A stretch of 64,000 nucleotides of DNA from Octopus sinensis. Lineage: Eukaryota. The position numbers were made by a program, and so were the translations under genes. The first letter of the stretch is position 1, and every line of letters begins with the position of its first letter. Location of the stretch: positions 20,782,464 to 20,846,463 of the forward strand of contig NC_043011.1 in assembly GCF_006345805.1 (NCBI RefSeq). The letters run 5' to 3'. A model generated the notes under the pieces. It did not search any database, was not told the DNA's origin, and saw nothing but the letters and a program-made list of their open reading frames with translations. Below are positions 1 through 12,838 of this stretch, piece after piece.

Positions 1-277
1 AATGTGACAGAAGTTGTTCTCTGCACATTTTCAGTGTTTATTGCTCTTGAGTGTCTGCTACATACAAAAGCTATCTTCCTAGTTAGCCTTCCTGTGATAT
101 TGCTGCACCTCTTATGTGTCCATAGCTTATACTGGGTACATCTTATAGCGTTTCCACCAACGCCTTTTCTACAGAGCAAGCAGGGCCATCTACCTGAAGG
201 GATTTGTGGTTTGTCTGCCTTCCTACTCGTTAAGACCTTGGTTTTAGCTTGGTTGACTCTATGGCCCTTCATTTCTA

Positions 278-280
<3 letters not shown>
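1..280 (-). mobile_element. RTE-clade LINE ORF2 fragment
   Basis: Translates KGHRVNQAKTKVL...SGRWPCLLCRKGVGGNAIRCTQYKLWTHKRCSNITGRL, the post-RT Cys-rich segment of RTE elements. Confidence 0.8.
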
Positions 281-368
<88 letters not shown>

Positions 369-466
369 TATTAGAATTGAAGGGCCATAGAGTCAACCAA
401 GCTATATATATATATATGTATATACATATATATATGTGTGTATATATATATATATATACAGACATA

Positions 467-1790
467 TAGGTAGGTAGGTATGTAGGTAGGTAGGTAGGCA
501 GGTAGGTAAGTAGGTAGGTAGGCAGGCAGGCAAGCAGGCAGGTAGGTAGATAGGTAGATAGATAGATAACTTCCTTTATTGGCCAAACAGAGCTTTTCTT
601 TTCAAAAATGAAAAAAAGCAGGAAAATAAGAAAAAAAGTAAAATTCCAATCAAAAGGGATCCTGTATCACAGAAGAATTTTAAAAATGTAAAAAGTAAGA
701 TTAGGTTTATCCATAGAAAGAAAAGCCTATGGAAAAGACCACAGTAACCTCAGGTAGGGAGGGAATAAACACATGAGAGCAAAGTGCTCTCTCTCTTTTT
801 TCGATTTACAGGATCAGGCTCAAAGTGGTTTCCTCACTCGCACGCACCATCTTTGCAACATTCACCCACTTTTTTTTTAAACTATCACGAGACAAAACCT
901 GCCTCTCCATCCTCACCTTCCTTTTCAAGTGGTACTTGAAAAGTTGATGAGCGATTGGCCAGATAGGTGTTTGTCTCTAATCCTTTCACTCAAGTCCACC
1001 ACATACATTCTTTCACCATGGCCACCAATACGATGAAGACTGCCTTGCCTTCCCAGTTGCAGGAAGGTGGCAGAGCAATTGTCACGATAGACTCAGCTGA
1101 CAGGCGGACTCATCCCACACATGACAGCAGCCATTCAGCATAAGCCCACAGGTCTGAAATGGTTGGACACTGCACAAGTGCATGCAGAACGGTTTTGTCG
1201 CTCTGACTGCATCTCGGGCAAGTCGGTGTGGTGTGTCTCAAACCATGCCTGTGGAGCTTATCCTGAATGGGTAATGCTTCTTGATAGTAATGCCAGGCCA
1301 GGGATCTTTGGAGATTGTCCATAGGTCCCGGCCCAAATGTTGTCCTGAACAGGCAAGTCAGGTGTTCCTCGTTGAAGCCCAGATTCTGCCTGAGAACATC
1401 ATCGCACCTCCCCTCCACTAATCCTCTATAGAACGCCTTTGTTATAATGAAGTCGCATGAGTTTGATCCCGGATGGCAGTCTTCACATTGGACATCACTT
1501 GACATGATTTTTTTAGGTGGGGAGTGATGGCAATGAGTGCTTCCATTGACTTGATAGCTGCTTTGTTTCCAGGTCATAGCTTGGGACCTGTGTGTCGCAG
1601 GAGTTGCCAGAGTGAGGTTGAGTACAACTTCAAACTCTCTTCAAGACTCCACCTCCAGATTTCTCCTCAGGGTTTCCTCCCCAAGCCATGATTGGTTTCG
1701 TCACAAGGCAGTGGGGTTTGGAGTCAGAGTTTTCCTTCTCTTAGATGGGTTGCCTTCCGGGGATAACGGGTCCCATCTACCTGAAGCACT
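467..1790 (-). mobile_element. Tx1/L1-like LINE 3' fragment
   Basis: ORF 1110-1577 carries a zf-RVT-like CPRC..ETVLHALVQC motif; downstream AATAAA followed by a (TATC)n/(TACC)n tail. Confidence 0.72.
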
Positions 1791-1856
1791 GGTTTTGGGG
1801 CACCAGTAACTTGCCCTTGCCACTTCTCTTGTCAGTAGTAACAGCTCCTGGCCCAG

Positions 1857-2210
1857 GTGATAGGCCACACAAGAAGGTCAGGAGTTGGACTTGGCTGTCA
1901 GAGACTCTTTGAGATTATGTGTCCTCCTCAACTGCTCCGCATCCTTGAAGTTTTGCATTTGTACATGGAGACCACAATACAATTCAACGGAAACACCTCA
2001 GAACCCTTTGATGTTCAACGTGGGTTAAAACAGGGATGCATGCTTGCTCCTACCCTGTTCAACATCTACTTCACTGTCATGTTGAAGTATGCATTTGGTA
2101 TGCAAAACGACGGCGTTTGCCTCCACATAAGGTTGGACAGTAAAGTATTCAGTCTGTCAAGGCTCAATGCAAAGACCAAAATCTGCAAGGTTTATGTCCG
2201 GGAGATGCTT
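1857..2210 (+). mobile_element. RTE-BovB-like RT fragment
   Basis: SEPFDVQRGLKQGCMLAPTLFNIYF...SRLNAKTK...VREML, truncated just before FADD. Confidence 0.85.
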
Positions 2211-2371
2211 ATGTTAAAAACTATTAGTAAATACATTTTTATAATGATATAAACCCCAAAGTTAAGTTAGCTTTCCGACTATGGAATCAATACCAGTTCC
2301 ATGATTACCTTGTTTAATTCATTACTAAACTAGAAAGAATGTAGATTCATCCAATTTGACATTAAACATTG

Positions 2372-2529
2372 TAGGAATGGCTGTGTGGTAAGTAGCTTGC
2401 TTACCAACCACATGGTTCCGGGTTCAGTCCCAATGCATGACACCTTGGGCAAGTGTCTTCTTCTATAGCCTTGGGCTGACCAAAGCCTTGTGAGTGGATT
2501 TAGTAGACGGAAACTGAAAGAAGCCCATC

Positions 2530-2561
<32 letters not shown>

Positions 2562-2773
2562 TCGTGTGTCTGTGTTTGTCCCCTCAACATCGCTTGACAA
2601 CCGATGCTGGTGTATTTACGTTCCCGTAACTTAGCAGTTCAGCGTAAGAGACTGATAGAATAAGTACTAGGCTTATAAAGATTAAATCCTGGGATCAATT
2701 TGCTCAACTAAAGGTGGTGCTCCAGCATGGCCACAGTCAAATGACTGAAACAAGTAAAAGAGTAAAAGAGTAA
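2372..2773 (+). mobile_element. SINE1 (tRNA head, CORE-like ccttgggcaagtgtctt segment, internal TA/TG microsatellite, (GTAAAAGA)n tail)
   Basis: About 20 copies in the window; A/B-box-like head gtggctgtgtggtaag...gggttcagtccc. Confidence 0.85.
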
Positions 2774-3057
2774 TACCCTACAGTTTCTGAACCTCTTTTG
2801 TGGGACACAACTCAACTTCGCAAAACATTTCTCACTTATTATCCTTTCTGAAACTGGTTTATTTTAAACGCAAGGAAATCTGTTCAATATTTAGAAAGCA
2901 TATTTTATTATGTGCGTGTAAGAAGGTCCCAAACGTATGTATTTTACGTGGATGTGAAAAAATATAAAAAGGCATGTTTCTTCTATTAAATCAAATATAA
3001 CAATTTATTCCTTGATTGTAGTTCACACATCACAGTAGAAAGTATATCACAAGGTAA

Positions 3058-3300
3058 TCTATATATATAAAACTGAGAATGTTTGTCTGTCTGTATGTAT
3101 GTATGTCTGTATGCGTGCATCACTAAAACTCGGAAATTACCCAACTGATTCTATTCAAATTTTACACATGCATTACTCACAGCCAATGGAGTGTTATGGG
3201 CCAAAAAAATTTTCAACTTCTTGCCTAATGCGGGCCTGGAGCAATCACTTAGACGGTTTCAGTATTACGTGTCAAAAGTGAAACAATAACATCCTTATTG
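3058..3300 (+). mobile_element. Non-autonomous Helitron-like 5' end
   Basis: A|TCTATATATATAAAA start followed by a (GTCT/GTAT)n tract, typical of Helitron-derived elements. Confidence 0.5.
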
Positions 3301-3565
3301 TAGTGTGATATAATACTTTTACTTTTATATGGAGTCACTTTCGATAGTTTCACTTTTAAAAGTTTCATTTTTATTATTTTCACTATATATGTATGTATGC
3401 ATATATATGTGTGTGTGTATATGTATACACACACATATATATATATATAATATATATATATATTTATATATATATGCATGTACATATGTGTATGTATGTA
3501 TATATATGTATATATATGTGTGTGTGTGTGTGTAAATTTATATAAAGATGTATATATATATATAT

Positions 3566-4300
3566 GATTGATTGATTGATTGATTCCAGTTTCAGCTCAT
3601 GAGCTGTGGCCATGCTGGGGCACCGCCATTTGGTGTTGCTACTTGGTTTCACTTCATGGAGGCTTTCTAGCAACTGCTATTTGGTGCATGAGAGACTTCG
3701 ATGCAGCTGCCCTCATCTGCCCCTCCTGCCGTGAAGTTGGTTCATCTGGGACACCTGACAGGAAGAGATCCCCAGCTCCATTTTAAAGACATCTGTATCC
3801 ACCCCATGCAGGTCTCTCAGGTTCATCGGGAGGATATTGAAGAGCTGTGGGCCTCGGAAGCCCAGGCTATCACAGAATCTTGTCTACATCTTGATGGCAA
3901 GTTGGAGTCCTAGGCACCACGCAGTGGCACCCAGTTCTGGCGTTTGCGTAACTCTCGATGCCAAAGTTCAGGACACTTCCCTCCAGGATCTTCCAGATGT
4001 ATATTATGGCATATCTTTCCCGCCTACGCTCCAGGGAATATAATTTTAATCTCTTGAGTCTTTCCCAGTAGCTTACATTCTGCATAGAGGCTATCTTCTT
4101 CGTGTAGCTTCGTTGGATCGCCTCAAGTTCTGTGATCAACTTGACACTGGATGGTGACCATAGCTGAGAGCAATAGTCAAAGTGACTTAGGACAAGTGTC
4201 TTCCAGAGGACCATCATGGTTTCTTGTTCTCTTGTTCTAAAGGTTCTAAGAATCCATCCAGCCAGGCGTCTGCATTTCACTGTCAGTTTAGCAACATGTA
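3566..4300 (-). mobile_element. CR1-clade LINE 3' end
   Basis: YCSQLWSP...LEAIQRSYTKKI...SYWERLKRLKLYSLERRRERY; 3' UTR ends in a stem-loop plus a (TCAA)n tail. Confidence 0.85.
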
Positions 4301-4585
4301 CATGAAAGGTCGCGTCATGTACATATATATATAAATTAGAAGAAATGAGGTACTCAGAAATCCGGATAGTTTTATACTTACAGATATTTATTAGTATGTT
4401 ACATGTTTTTATAAATCATATATCATATATTATTGCTTTCGTCCATTCTAGTGGAGTCTTCAAATTGAACTAAGTTTTTGCAGGGATTTTGACTCTTTTT
4501 ATAGTATTATTGAGTGTGTAGTAGTGGGGAGAGATATAAGATAGTACAAGAGGGTGATGAATGAGGAGAAAGTGAGAGTGAACAT

Positions 4586-4771
4586 GCAACTTTTGCATTC
4601 ACAACAAACAAGGCACAGGGCCAGACTTTAGATCGTGTAGGTGTATTTTTACCCACTCTGATGTTTACACACGGCCAGTTATACGTCACTATGAGTGGAG
4701 CAACGGACTCCAGTAATTTGAAAATCAGTGTCGACCAAACAGAAAATATCGTCTACAAAGAAGTTTTATAA
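4586..4771 (+). mobile_element. Helitron RepHel (PIF1 helicase) C-terminal fragment
   Basis: ATFAFTTNKAQGQTLDRVGVFLPTLMFTHGQLYVTMS...TENIVYKEVL*, matching the FAMTINKSQGQT/FSHGQLYVA motifs. Confidence 0.9.
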
Positions 4772-5583
4772 TCATATTGATATTATCAAAAGGAATAGGA
4801 TTCATAATTCAAATAAGGAAATTTGTGAACTTTGAATATATAAGAGTATAAACAAATGTAAAATAGAGTAAATAACTAAAATAAAAGTATATCTAAATAA
4901 CATTTTTGCTTAATACTTTTTATGTAGTGGTCAGAAGATGCTCTGGCTTTCATTAGGAGTGGTCCACATAACCATTCATGAGACAGAGGCTGGGAGCATA
5001 TTTCAGTTCAGGAGTGAATCGTTATCACATGTCACTTAGTCACAAACACATGTCATATATATGTAATAGGGGCATGGCTGTGTGGTTAGGGAGCTTGCTT
5101 CCTAGCTATATGGTTTCGGGTTCAGTCCCACTGCGTGGCACTTTGGGTAGGTGTCTACCACTATAGCCCCAAGCCGACCGGAGCTTTGTGATTGAATTCG
5201 GTAGGTGAAAGTTACTGCTGTCTATGTATGTGTGCGTATAGCTGCTCAGTGCCTCTCCGAAAGAGAGAGAGGGGAATGCTGTATCACCAACAATGATGTG
5301 ATTTCTCCAAGACATCACCCAGTAATCTATCAAGTCCATTTACACATTTCTCAATACGCACTACTGTTATGACTTCCCTCACTCGTTTTATGCCTCCCTC
5401 ATAGATGGGTAGATTTACTAGCATGAATTTGTATGTGCTAATAATACTACCAGTTAAGTCTGAAATGTAACCTCATTAGTTTATTTCAAGGTTTATGCAT
5501 CTGTACCATATTTTATTTGATTATATTCTATTCCTCACTTCTAGCTTCCTGTTTCTATTAACACAATGTATAATCTTAACTGT

Positions 5584-5978
5584 AGTAGGAGTGGCTGTGG
5601 GGTAAGTAGCTTGCTTAACAACCACATGATTCCGGGTTCAGTCCCACTGCGTGGCACCTTGGGCAAGTGTCTTCTACTATAGCCTTGGGCTAACCAAAGC
5701 CTTGTGAGTGGATTTGGTAGATGGAAACTGAAAGAAGCCTGTCGTATATATGTATATATATTTGTGTGTGTGTGTCTGTGTTTGTTCCCCCAACATCGCT
5801 TGACAACCGATGCTGGTGTGTTTACGTCCCCGTAACTTAGCAGTTCGGCAAAAGTGACCAATAGAATAAGTACTTGGCTTACAAAGAATAAGTCTTGGGG
5901 TTGATTTGCTCAACTAAAGGCGGTGCTCCAGCATGGCCGCAGTCAAATGACTGAAACAAGTAAAAGAGTAAAAGAGAG
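5584..5978 (+). mobile_element. SINE1; 5' fragment also at 5068-5230
   Basis: Full family match. Confidence 0.85.
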
Positions 5979-6084
5979 TATATCCAGATTCTTAGGATTG
6001 ACAGTGGAATAGCTTGACAGAGTATGATTCAATGTATGTATGTGTGTGAATATCGTCAGTGTATGTATGTATGTGAATATATAT

Positions 6085-6245
6085 AGGTATAAGAGGAATC
6101 AGACGTAGTGTGCAAGAGAGACAACTTGCTGGTATGGTCATGTGATGCATATGGACGAGGACAGCTGTGTAAAGAAGTGCTGATCTTTAGCTGTGGAGGG
6201 AACCTGTGACAGAAGTAGACCCAGGAAGACACGGGCCGAAGTGGT
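6085..6245 (+). mobile_element. RTE LINE ORF2 C-terminal relic
   Basis: WYGHVMHMDEDSCVKKC...VEGTCDRSRPRKT; similar to 12839-13175. Confidence 0.75.
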
Positions 6246-6769
6246 TTTCGTCACTGTTTACAATTTTGTTCCAAATGTTTTCAAATTTGGTATATGGGTT
6301 AAGTTTTGTATACTAATTATGAAAATGAAATTCATTTTCCTGATAAATCCATAATTAAAAAGTTATTAGCCTTTAAAATTTGAAAACTTTGGGTATTTTT
6401 GCCAATCTGAAGGGAGTATTTTAGACATTACTGAGGCAAAGAAGTCTGTTTCTATAGTAACCAAAGCAAAGAAGCACCACCTGTTCCATGGCTGATTGCG
6501 AAGAACTCTGTTTCTATAGTAACCAAAGATGCTGCACATGTGCACAAGGAGTGTAACCACCTCTTGTTCTATAATTGTTTGTTTTCATAACAGATGGGAC
6601 TTACACTCAACTGGGTATGGTTGACTCTTATCTTTGTGAATTTATGTGGAGAAGGAGATATGAGAAAGATTATTTATTTTATAAAATCTTAGAGTGTATT
6701 GCAAACTTTCATTCTTGAATGTTTTTTTAACTAATAAATATCTGTTATTTCTAGCAACTCCTGTTAGCT

Positions 6770-6987
6770 TTACTTTTTTACTCTTTTATTTCTTTCAGTC
6801 ACTTGACTGTGACCATGTTGGAGCACTGCCTTTAGTCGAGCAAATCGACCCCAGGACTTATTCTTTGGAAGCTTAGTACTTATTCTGCCAGTCTCTTTTG
6901 CTGAACCGCTAAATTAAGGGGATGTAAACACATCAGCATCGGTTGTCAAGCGATGTTGGGGGGTCAAACACAGACACACAAACATAT

Positions 6988-7018
<31 letters not shown>

Positions 7019-7343
7019 AATACATATATACAACAGGCTTCTTTCAGTTTCCGTCTACCAAATCCACTCACAAGGCTTTGGTCGCCCCGAGGTTATAGTA
7101 GAAGAACTTGGCCAAGGTGCCACGCAGTGGGACTGAACCCGGAACCATGTGGTTGGTAAGCAAGCTACTTACTGTTTGTGTGTCTGTGTTTGTCCCCCTA
7201 GCATTGCTTGACAACCGATGCTGGTGTGTTTATGTCCCCGTTACTTAGCGATTCGGCAAAAGAGACCGATAGAATAAGTACAGGGCTTACAAAAAGAATA
7301 AGTCCCAGGGTCAAGATGACTGAAACAAGTAAAAGAGTAAAGA
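6770..7343. mobile_element. SINE1 minus copy (6770-7172) abutting a plus 3' half (7174-7343); a further minus half at 7901-8140
   Basis: Family match in both orientations. Confidence 0.8.
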
Positions 7344-8126
7344 GTGATGAAAACCACAAAGATCCTAAGTACCAGTTGAATACAGGGGGCGATATAATCA
7401 ACTTACACCTCCACCGAAATTGCTGATCTTGTGCCAAAATTTGAAATCAATATGAAGAGTAAAGGAATAAAAGTAGGAAATTTGTATTATCTCCTCTGAG
7501 ATGTAAAGTGACCTCTAGTCATACATGACTAATCAATCAGTTTAATACGGTAACTGTAGCATATGTCTATCACCTTTAACTGGCATTTAATTTCAGAACC
7601 TTTTTATGACATATATAGGTTACTTAGAGTTCAAAAGAGAGAGGTGGAATGAAGTTAGACATAGTTATCATACCAGATATGGTTTCCACCTCATTGAAAT
7701 TTTATGCTACATTCCATGCAGCAACATCAATAAATTTCTGTGAGTTTACATTTAAAACCAGTTAAGAATTGCTAGGTAAACCGTTTTTATTTCTAGCCAA
7801 AATATGAAGAACCTATGCTTGAAGGTTGTTCCTCGTTTTAATCAACCAACATCTTTAAAATCAGCATCACTGAAAAGATATCCTGCACACACACACATGC
7901 TTTTTACTTTTTTTTTATACATTTTACGTGTTTCAGTCATGTGACTGTGGCCATGCTGGAGCAGCACATTTAGTCGAGCAAATCGACCCCGGGACTTATT
8001 CTTTGTAAGCCTAGTACTTATTCTATCGGTCTCTTTTGCCGAAGCGCTAAGTTACGGGGATGTAAACACATCCGCATCGGTTGTCAAGCGATGTTGGCGG
8101 AACAAACATAGACACACAGACATATG

Positions 8127-8171
<45 letters not shown>

Positions 8172-8257
8172 ATTCGAGACAAAACCACTATTTTGCAAAA
8201 CAAACAAGGAAAGACTTAATCAATACATAAAAATTTTTAATATAAAGAAATAAACCG

Positions 8258-8300
8258 CCACTACAATCGTTTCATGTCTTCAATGACATTCGTCAGGTGG
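8258..8300 (-). ncRNA. Minimal type I hammerhead ribozyme
   Basis: Minus strand: CCAC CUGACGA AUGUC-auugaa-GACAU GAAA C-gauu-GUA/GUGG. Core intact, stem I 4 bp, stem II 5 bp. Confidence 0.8.
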
Positions 8301-8559
8301 ATTTTCGATCTAAAATATCAATATATTAAAATATAAGTTTAAAATGATAAAATTATCAATGAAAAATATAAATATATATAATCTATATATAATCTATATA
8401 TAATCAATATATAATCTAAATTAAACCCTATAAACAATTGAATATAAAGAAACCTATTATTAAAGTTCTCATATTTAAAGATGTACAAAAAACAAAAAAC
8501 AAAAAACAAAAAAACAAAAAACAAAAACAAAAACAAAAACAAAAACAAAATAAAAATAA

Positions 8560-10190
8560 ACTATATATACACACATGCTCATACACATATAACTAAATAT
8601 ATATAACCATATCTAAATACATACACTAACTCACACACCAATATATATATCTCTATACATACACATAAAAACGTCTAGGCAACAATAAATGAATAAATTT
8701 AAAAAATAGCCAAATTCTTCAACACATTACTTATTCTTACTCCCTCACACACACATACAACCCACAGTCATAAACAATATACATATACCCGCTCACACAT
8801 ACATATACATACATACAGAACTCGATATATACACCAATATATTCACACCCACACCCATACAGATAAATAAATTACGCAAACAATCACACACACACATTCA
8901 CACATACATAAACACTCAAAAGAAAATAAACAATTCTTAGCGCGTGGTGATCGAACGTTTTTTTAAAAAATTATAAATGGAAAGAATGGAATAATATTTA
9001 ATCAACGTAAAAATACAGAATTTACTCCAAAATCATTAATAAACCAATCATGATAATGAAACCCATATATACATATAATGATAAAACACCCTTTACCATA
9101 CACAATAATACCTATATAGCAATCCCCATAATACATTCACACACAAAACTACACATACGTAAAACACACACTCATAACATATACATATACCCCCTCACAT
9201 ATACATATACATACGTACTAAACTCGATATATACAACAATATATTCACACCCACACCCATATAGACAAATAAATTACACAACCAAGTACGCACACACACA
9301 CACACATTTACACATACAAAAACACTCAAAAGAAAAACAACATATCTACACATAATACGATTTGCGCGTGGAGAACGTACGTTATTCAAAATTATGAATG
9401 GAATAAATGGAATAATATTTTAAACACTTAAACAGACAGAAATTACTACAAATTCTTTAATAAAACTACCATGATAAACGAAAACTCATATATACATATA
9501 ACGATAAAATCTCCCTTTACTAAACACTATAACATACCTATATAGCAATCCCCCTATCTATACATTCACACACAAATACACACACGTAAAACACACACCC
9601 ACTACATATACATATACCCACTCCACTCACACATACATATACATACGTACAAACCTCGATATATACATCAAAATATTCACTCCCACACCCATACAAATAA
9701 ATAAATATACGCACACACACACACATTTACACATACATAAACACTCAAAAGAAAAACAACATATCGACACATAATACAATATATAAAATACTCCATAAGT
9801 AACCAGATTATCATAAGTAACAAGATTAACATAAGGAGAAAAAATACATACCTCCTAATCTGTTTTAATTTATGAAGTGAATTCAAACTCTAGCCGTTAT
9901 AACTTTAAACAAGATTACGTTACCATAGGAACCGAACATATTTATAAAAATTCTTAGCTCGGTGAACGAACGTCATTTAAAATTATGAATGGAACAGAAT
10001 GGAATTATAAAATTCTTTGCGCGTGGAGAACGAACGTTATTCAAAATTATGAATGGAATAAATGGAATAATACAGACAGAAATTACTACAAATTCTTAAA
10101 TAAAACTACCATGATAAACGAAATACATATAACGATAAAAACTCCCTTTACTAAACACTATAACATACCTATATAGCAATCCCCCTATCT
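8560..10190. repeat. AT/CA-rich tandem repeat, 3-4 diverged units of roughly 420-600 bp
   Basis: Recurrent ttcttagcgcgtgg..gaacgtt..aaattatgaatggaa near 8935, 9360, 9950 and 10015. Confidence 0.7.
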
Positions 10191-10612
10191 ACAGGTTCCC
10201 TCAACCTCTAGGGTGTGGCACTTTTTCACACAACTATCTTCAACATATATATATATAATATATATAATATATATTATATATATATATACAGTTGTAACAA
10301 TGAAGTGAAAGCAAATAGTGATATTCTGAAATTATTTAATACATACGTTTTAAGTTTGCCTAATATATAATATGAAATGCATCCATTACATAAACCTTCT
10401 TGACTTAAGGCATATATTTAACTCAAATCAAAAATTCTGGTACTGCATACTACTTCTTAGTGTAACACGAAATAACTATATATATATATATATATATATA
10501 TAAATGTAAGATCCAAGGATGGAGGTGTAGGAAGAATTTGGCTTCAAGCAATCTGTAGGAAATATGAAAAATAGCTTTCAGGAACAATAATGGTTTACTG
10601 AGACGGAAGGTT

Positions 10613-10832
10613 CTTTTACTCTTTTACTTGTTTCAGTCATCTGACTGCAGCCATGCTGGAGCACCACTTAAAGTCGAGCAAATCAACCCCAGGACTTATT
10701 CTTTGTAAGCCTAGTACTTATTCAATCGCTCTCTATTCCTGAACCGCTAAGTTACGGGGACGTAAACACACCAGCATCGGTTGTCAAGCAATGTTGCGGG
10801 GGACAAACACAGACACACAAATATATACACAC

Positions 10833-10867
<35 letters not shown>

Positions 10868-11193
10868 GCCAGCTGGAGGAGATGTTCTCCTGGGGCTACA
10901 AGCTACAGTAACACCCACCCTTAGTGGTTAGCCATATTGAGACGGCAAATATACATCACATATATATATATATATATTATATATATATATATACGCACAC
11001 TTATATATATATATATATACATATATACATATATATACATATATACAATGGGCTTCTTTCAGTTTCCGCCTACCAAATCCACTCACAAGGCTTTGGTTGG
11101 CCCAAGGCTATAGTAGAAGACACTTGCCATGCAGTGTGACTGAACCGAGAACCATGTGGTTGGTAAGCAAGCTTCTTACCACGCAGCCACTCC
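10613..11193 (-). mobile_element. SINE1 interrupted at its microsatellite; paralogs at 13995-14665 and 18367-19270
   Basis: Family match. Confidence 0.8.
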
Positions 11194-11326
11194 TGTGGTT
11201 GTGGATATTTTTGTATCAAAGAATGATAAGCGGAAACAAATTCTTTTTATATTTCACAGACAGCAACCTGGGTTGCCAGGCATGTGAATAAGAATACAGG
11301 AGTTAAGGAATGGAGTAGATAAGATC

Positions 11327-11414
11327 CGGGTTACATGTGTTTCATAGTGAGTGGAACCTTGGAAGTGGTAAATATCCAAGTGAGGTGTATGCTGCAGGCT
11401 ACTCATCAGGCCAA
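11327..11414 (-). ncRNA. Type I hammerhead ribozyme motif with a long stem II loop
   Basis: Minus strand: GGC CUGAUGA GUAG...CUAU GAAA CACAU GUA/ACCC. Core intact; first stem I pair is a C-A mismatch. Confidence 0.6.
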
Positions 11415-11488
11415 GGGTATCTAGGTTATATGAAAGTTTCCATTTTCGCAAGACATTAACACACAGAAAAAAATATATATATATATCA

Positions 11489-11740
11489 TAGGCACAGGAA
11501 TGACTGTACGGTTATACATACACCAGGTCTCAAGAAGACCTGCTCACTACAGCAGTATTGATATCAGTGCTGGTGCTGCGTTAAAAGTACCCAGCATACT
11601 CTATGAAGTGGATGGCATTAGGAAGGGCATCCAACCATAAAAATCATGCCAGAACAGACAATTGAAGCCTTGTGAAGCCCAATTCAAACTGTCCACTCCA
11701 TATCAGCATGGAAAACGGGGATCATGATGATGATGATGAT
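11489..11740 (+). mobile_element. Chimeric SINE with tRNA-like head and RTE-type tail; paralog at 19568-19815
   Basis: Starts ggcacaggaatgactgtacggtta (similar to the SINE1 head) and ends ggcattaggaagggcatcc...cagcatggaaaacgg(gat)n. Confidence 0.55.
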
Positions 11741-11783
11741 GATATATACACACATATATTTTTTATATATATATATATATATA

Positions 11784-12195
11784 GGCGCAGAAGTGGCTGT
11801 GTGGTAAGTAGCTTGCTAACCAACCACATGGTTCCGGGTTCAGTCCCACTGCATGGCATCTTGGGCAAGTGTCTTCTGCTATAGCCCCGGGCCGACCAAT
11901 GCCTTGTGAGTGGATTTGGTAAACAGAAACTGAAAGAAGCCTGTCGTATATATGTATATATATACAAGTGTGTGTGTATATGTTTGTGTGTCTGTGTTTT
12001 TGCCCCCCTAGCATTGCTTGACAACCGATGCTGATGTGTTTACGTCCCCGTCACTTAGCGGTTCGGCAAAACAGACCGATACAATAAGTACTGGGCTTAC
12101 AAAGAATAAGTCCTGGGGTCGATTTGCTCGACTAAAGGCGGTGCTCCAGCATGGCCGCAGTCAAATGACTGAAACAAGTAAAAGAAAAAGAGAAA
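11784..12195 (+). mobile_element. SINE1
   Basis: Full family match. Confidence 0.85.
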
Positions 12196-12200
12196 GAGAG

Positions 12201-12281
<81 letters not shown>

Positions 12282-12559
12282 ATATATATATACATATGTA
12301 AATAAATATATATATAAATAAATAAATGGCGTTAAAGGCAGGTGTTATTTAAATCTTTATACATTTAGTGCAAGTTTTCATACCTATACAAATTATATAA
12401 GTAAATTCAAAAGCAAAATGCAAGGAAAAGACTTTAGAAAAGATATTTGAAATTCAATTGAAGGACAAACTCACATTCTTCTGATAAATATATATATATA
12501 TATATATACATCATCATCATCATCATCGTCGTTTAACGTCCGTTCTCCATGCTAGCATG

Positions 12560-12592
<33 letters not shown>

Positions 12593-12638
12593 ATATATAT
12601 ATAATATATATATATAATATATACTATATATAAAAATT

Positions 12639-12674
<36 letters not shown>

Positions 12675-12838
12675 ATATACAGTTGTAACAATGAAGTGAA
12701 AGCAAATAGTGATATTCTGAAATTATTTGATACATACGTTTCGCAAGAAATGAAGCTCAAATCAAAACACACATATATATACACACACACACACATATAT
12801 ATATACACACACACACATATATACATATATATACACAC

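Noticed and set aside
2372-2450. tRNA genes at SINE heads
   Set aside because: A/B-box-like only, with no complete cloverleaf; they continue into SINE bodies.
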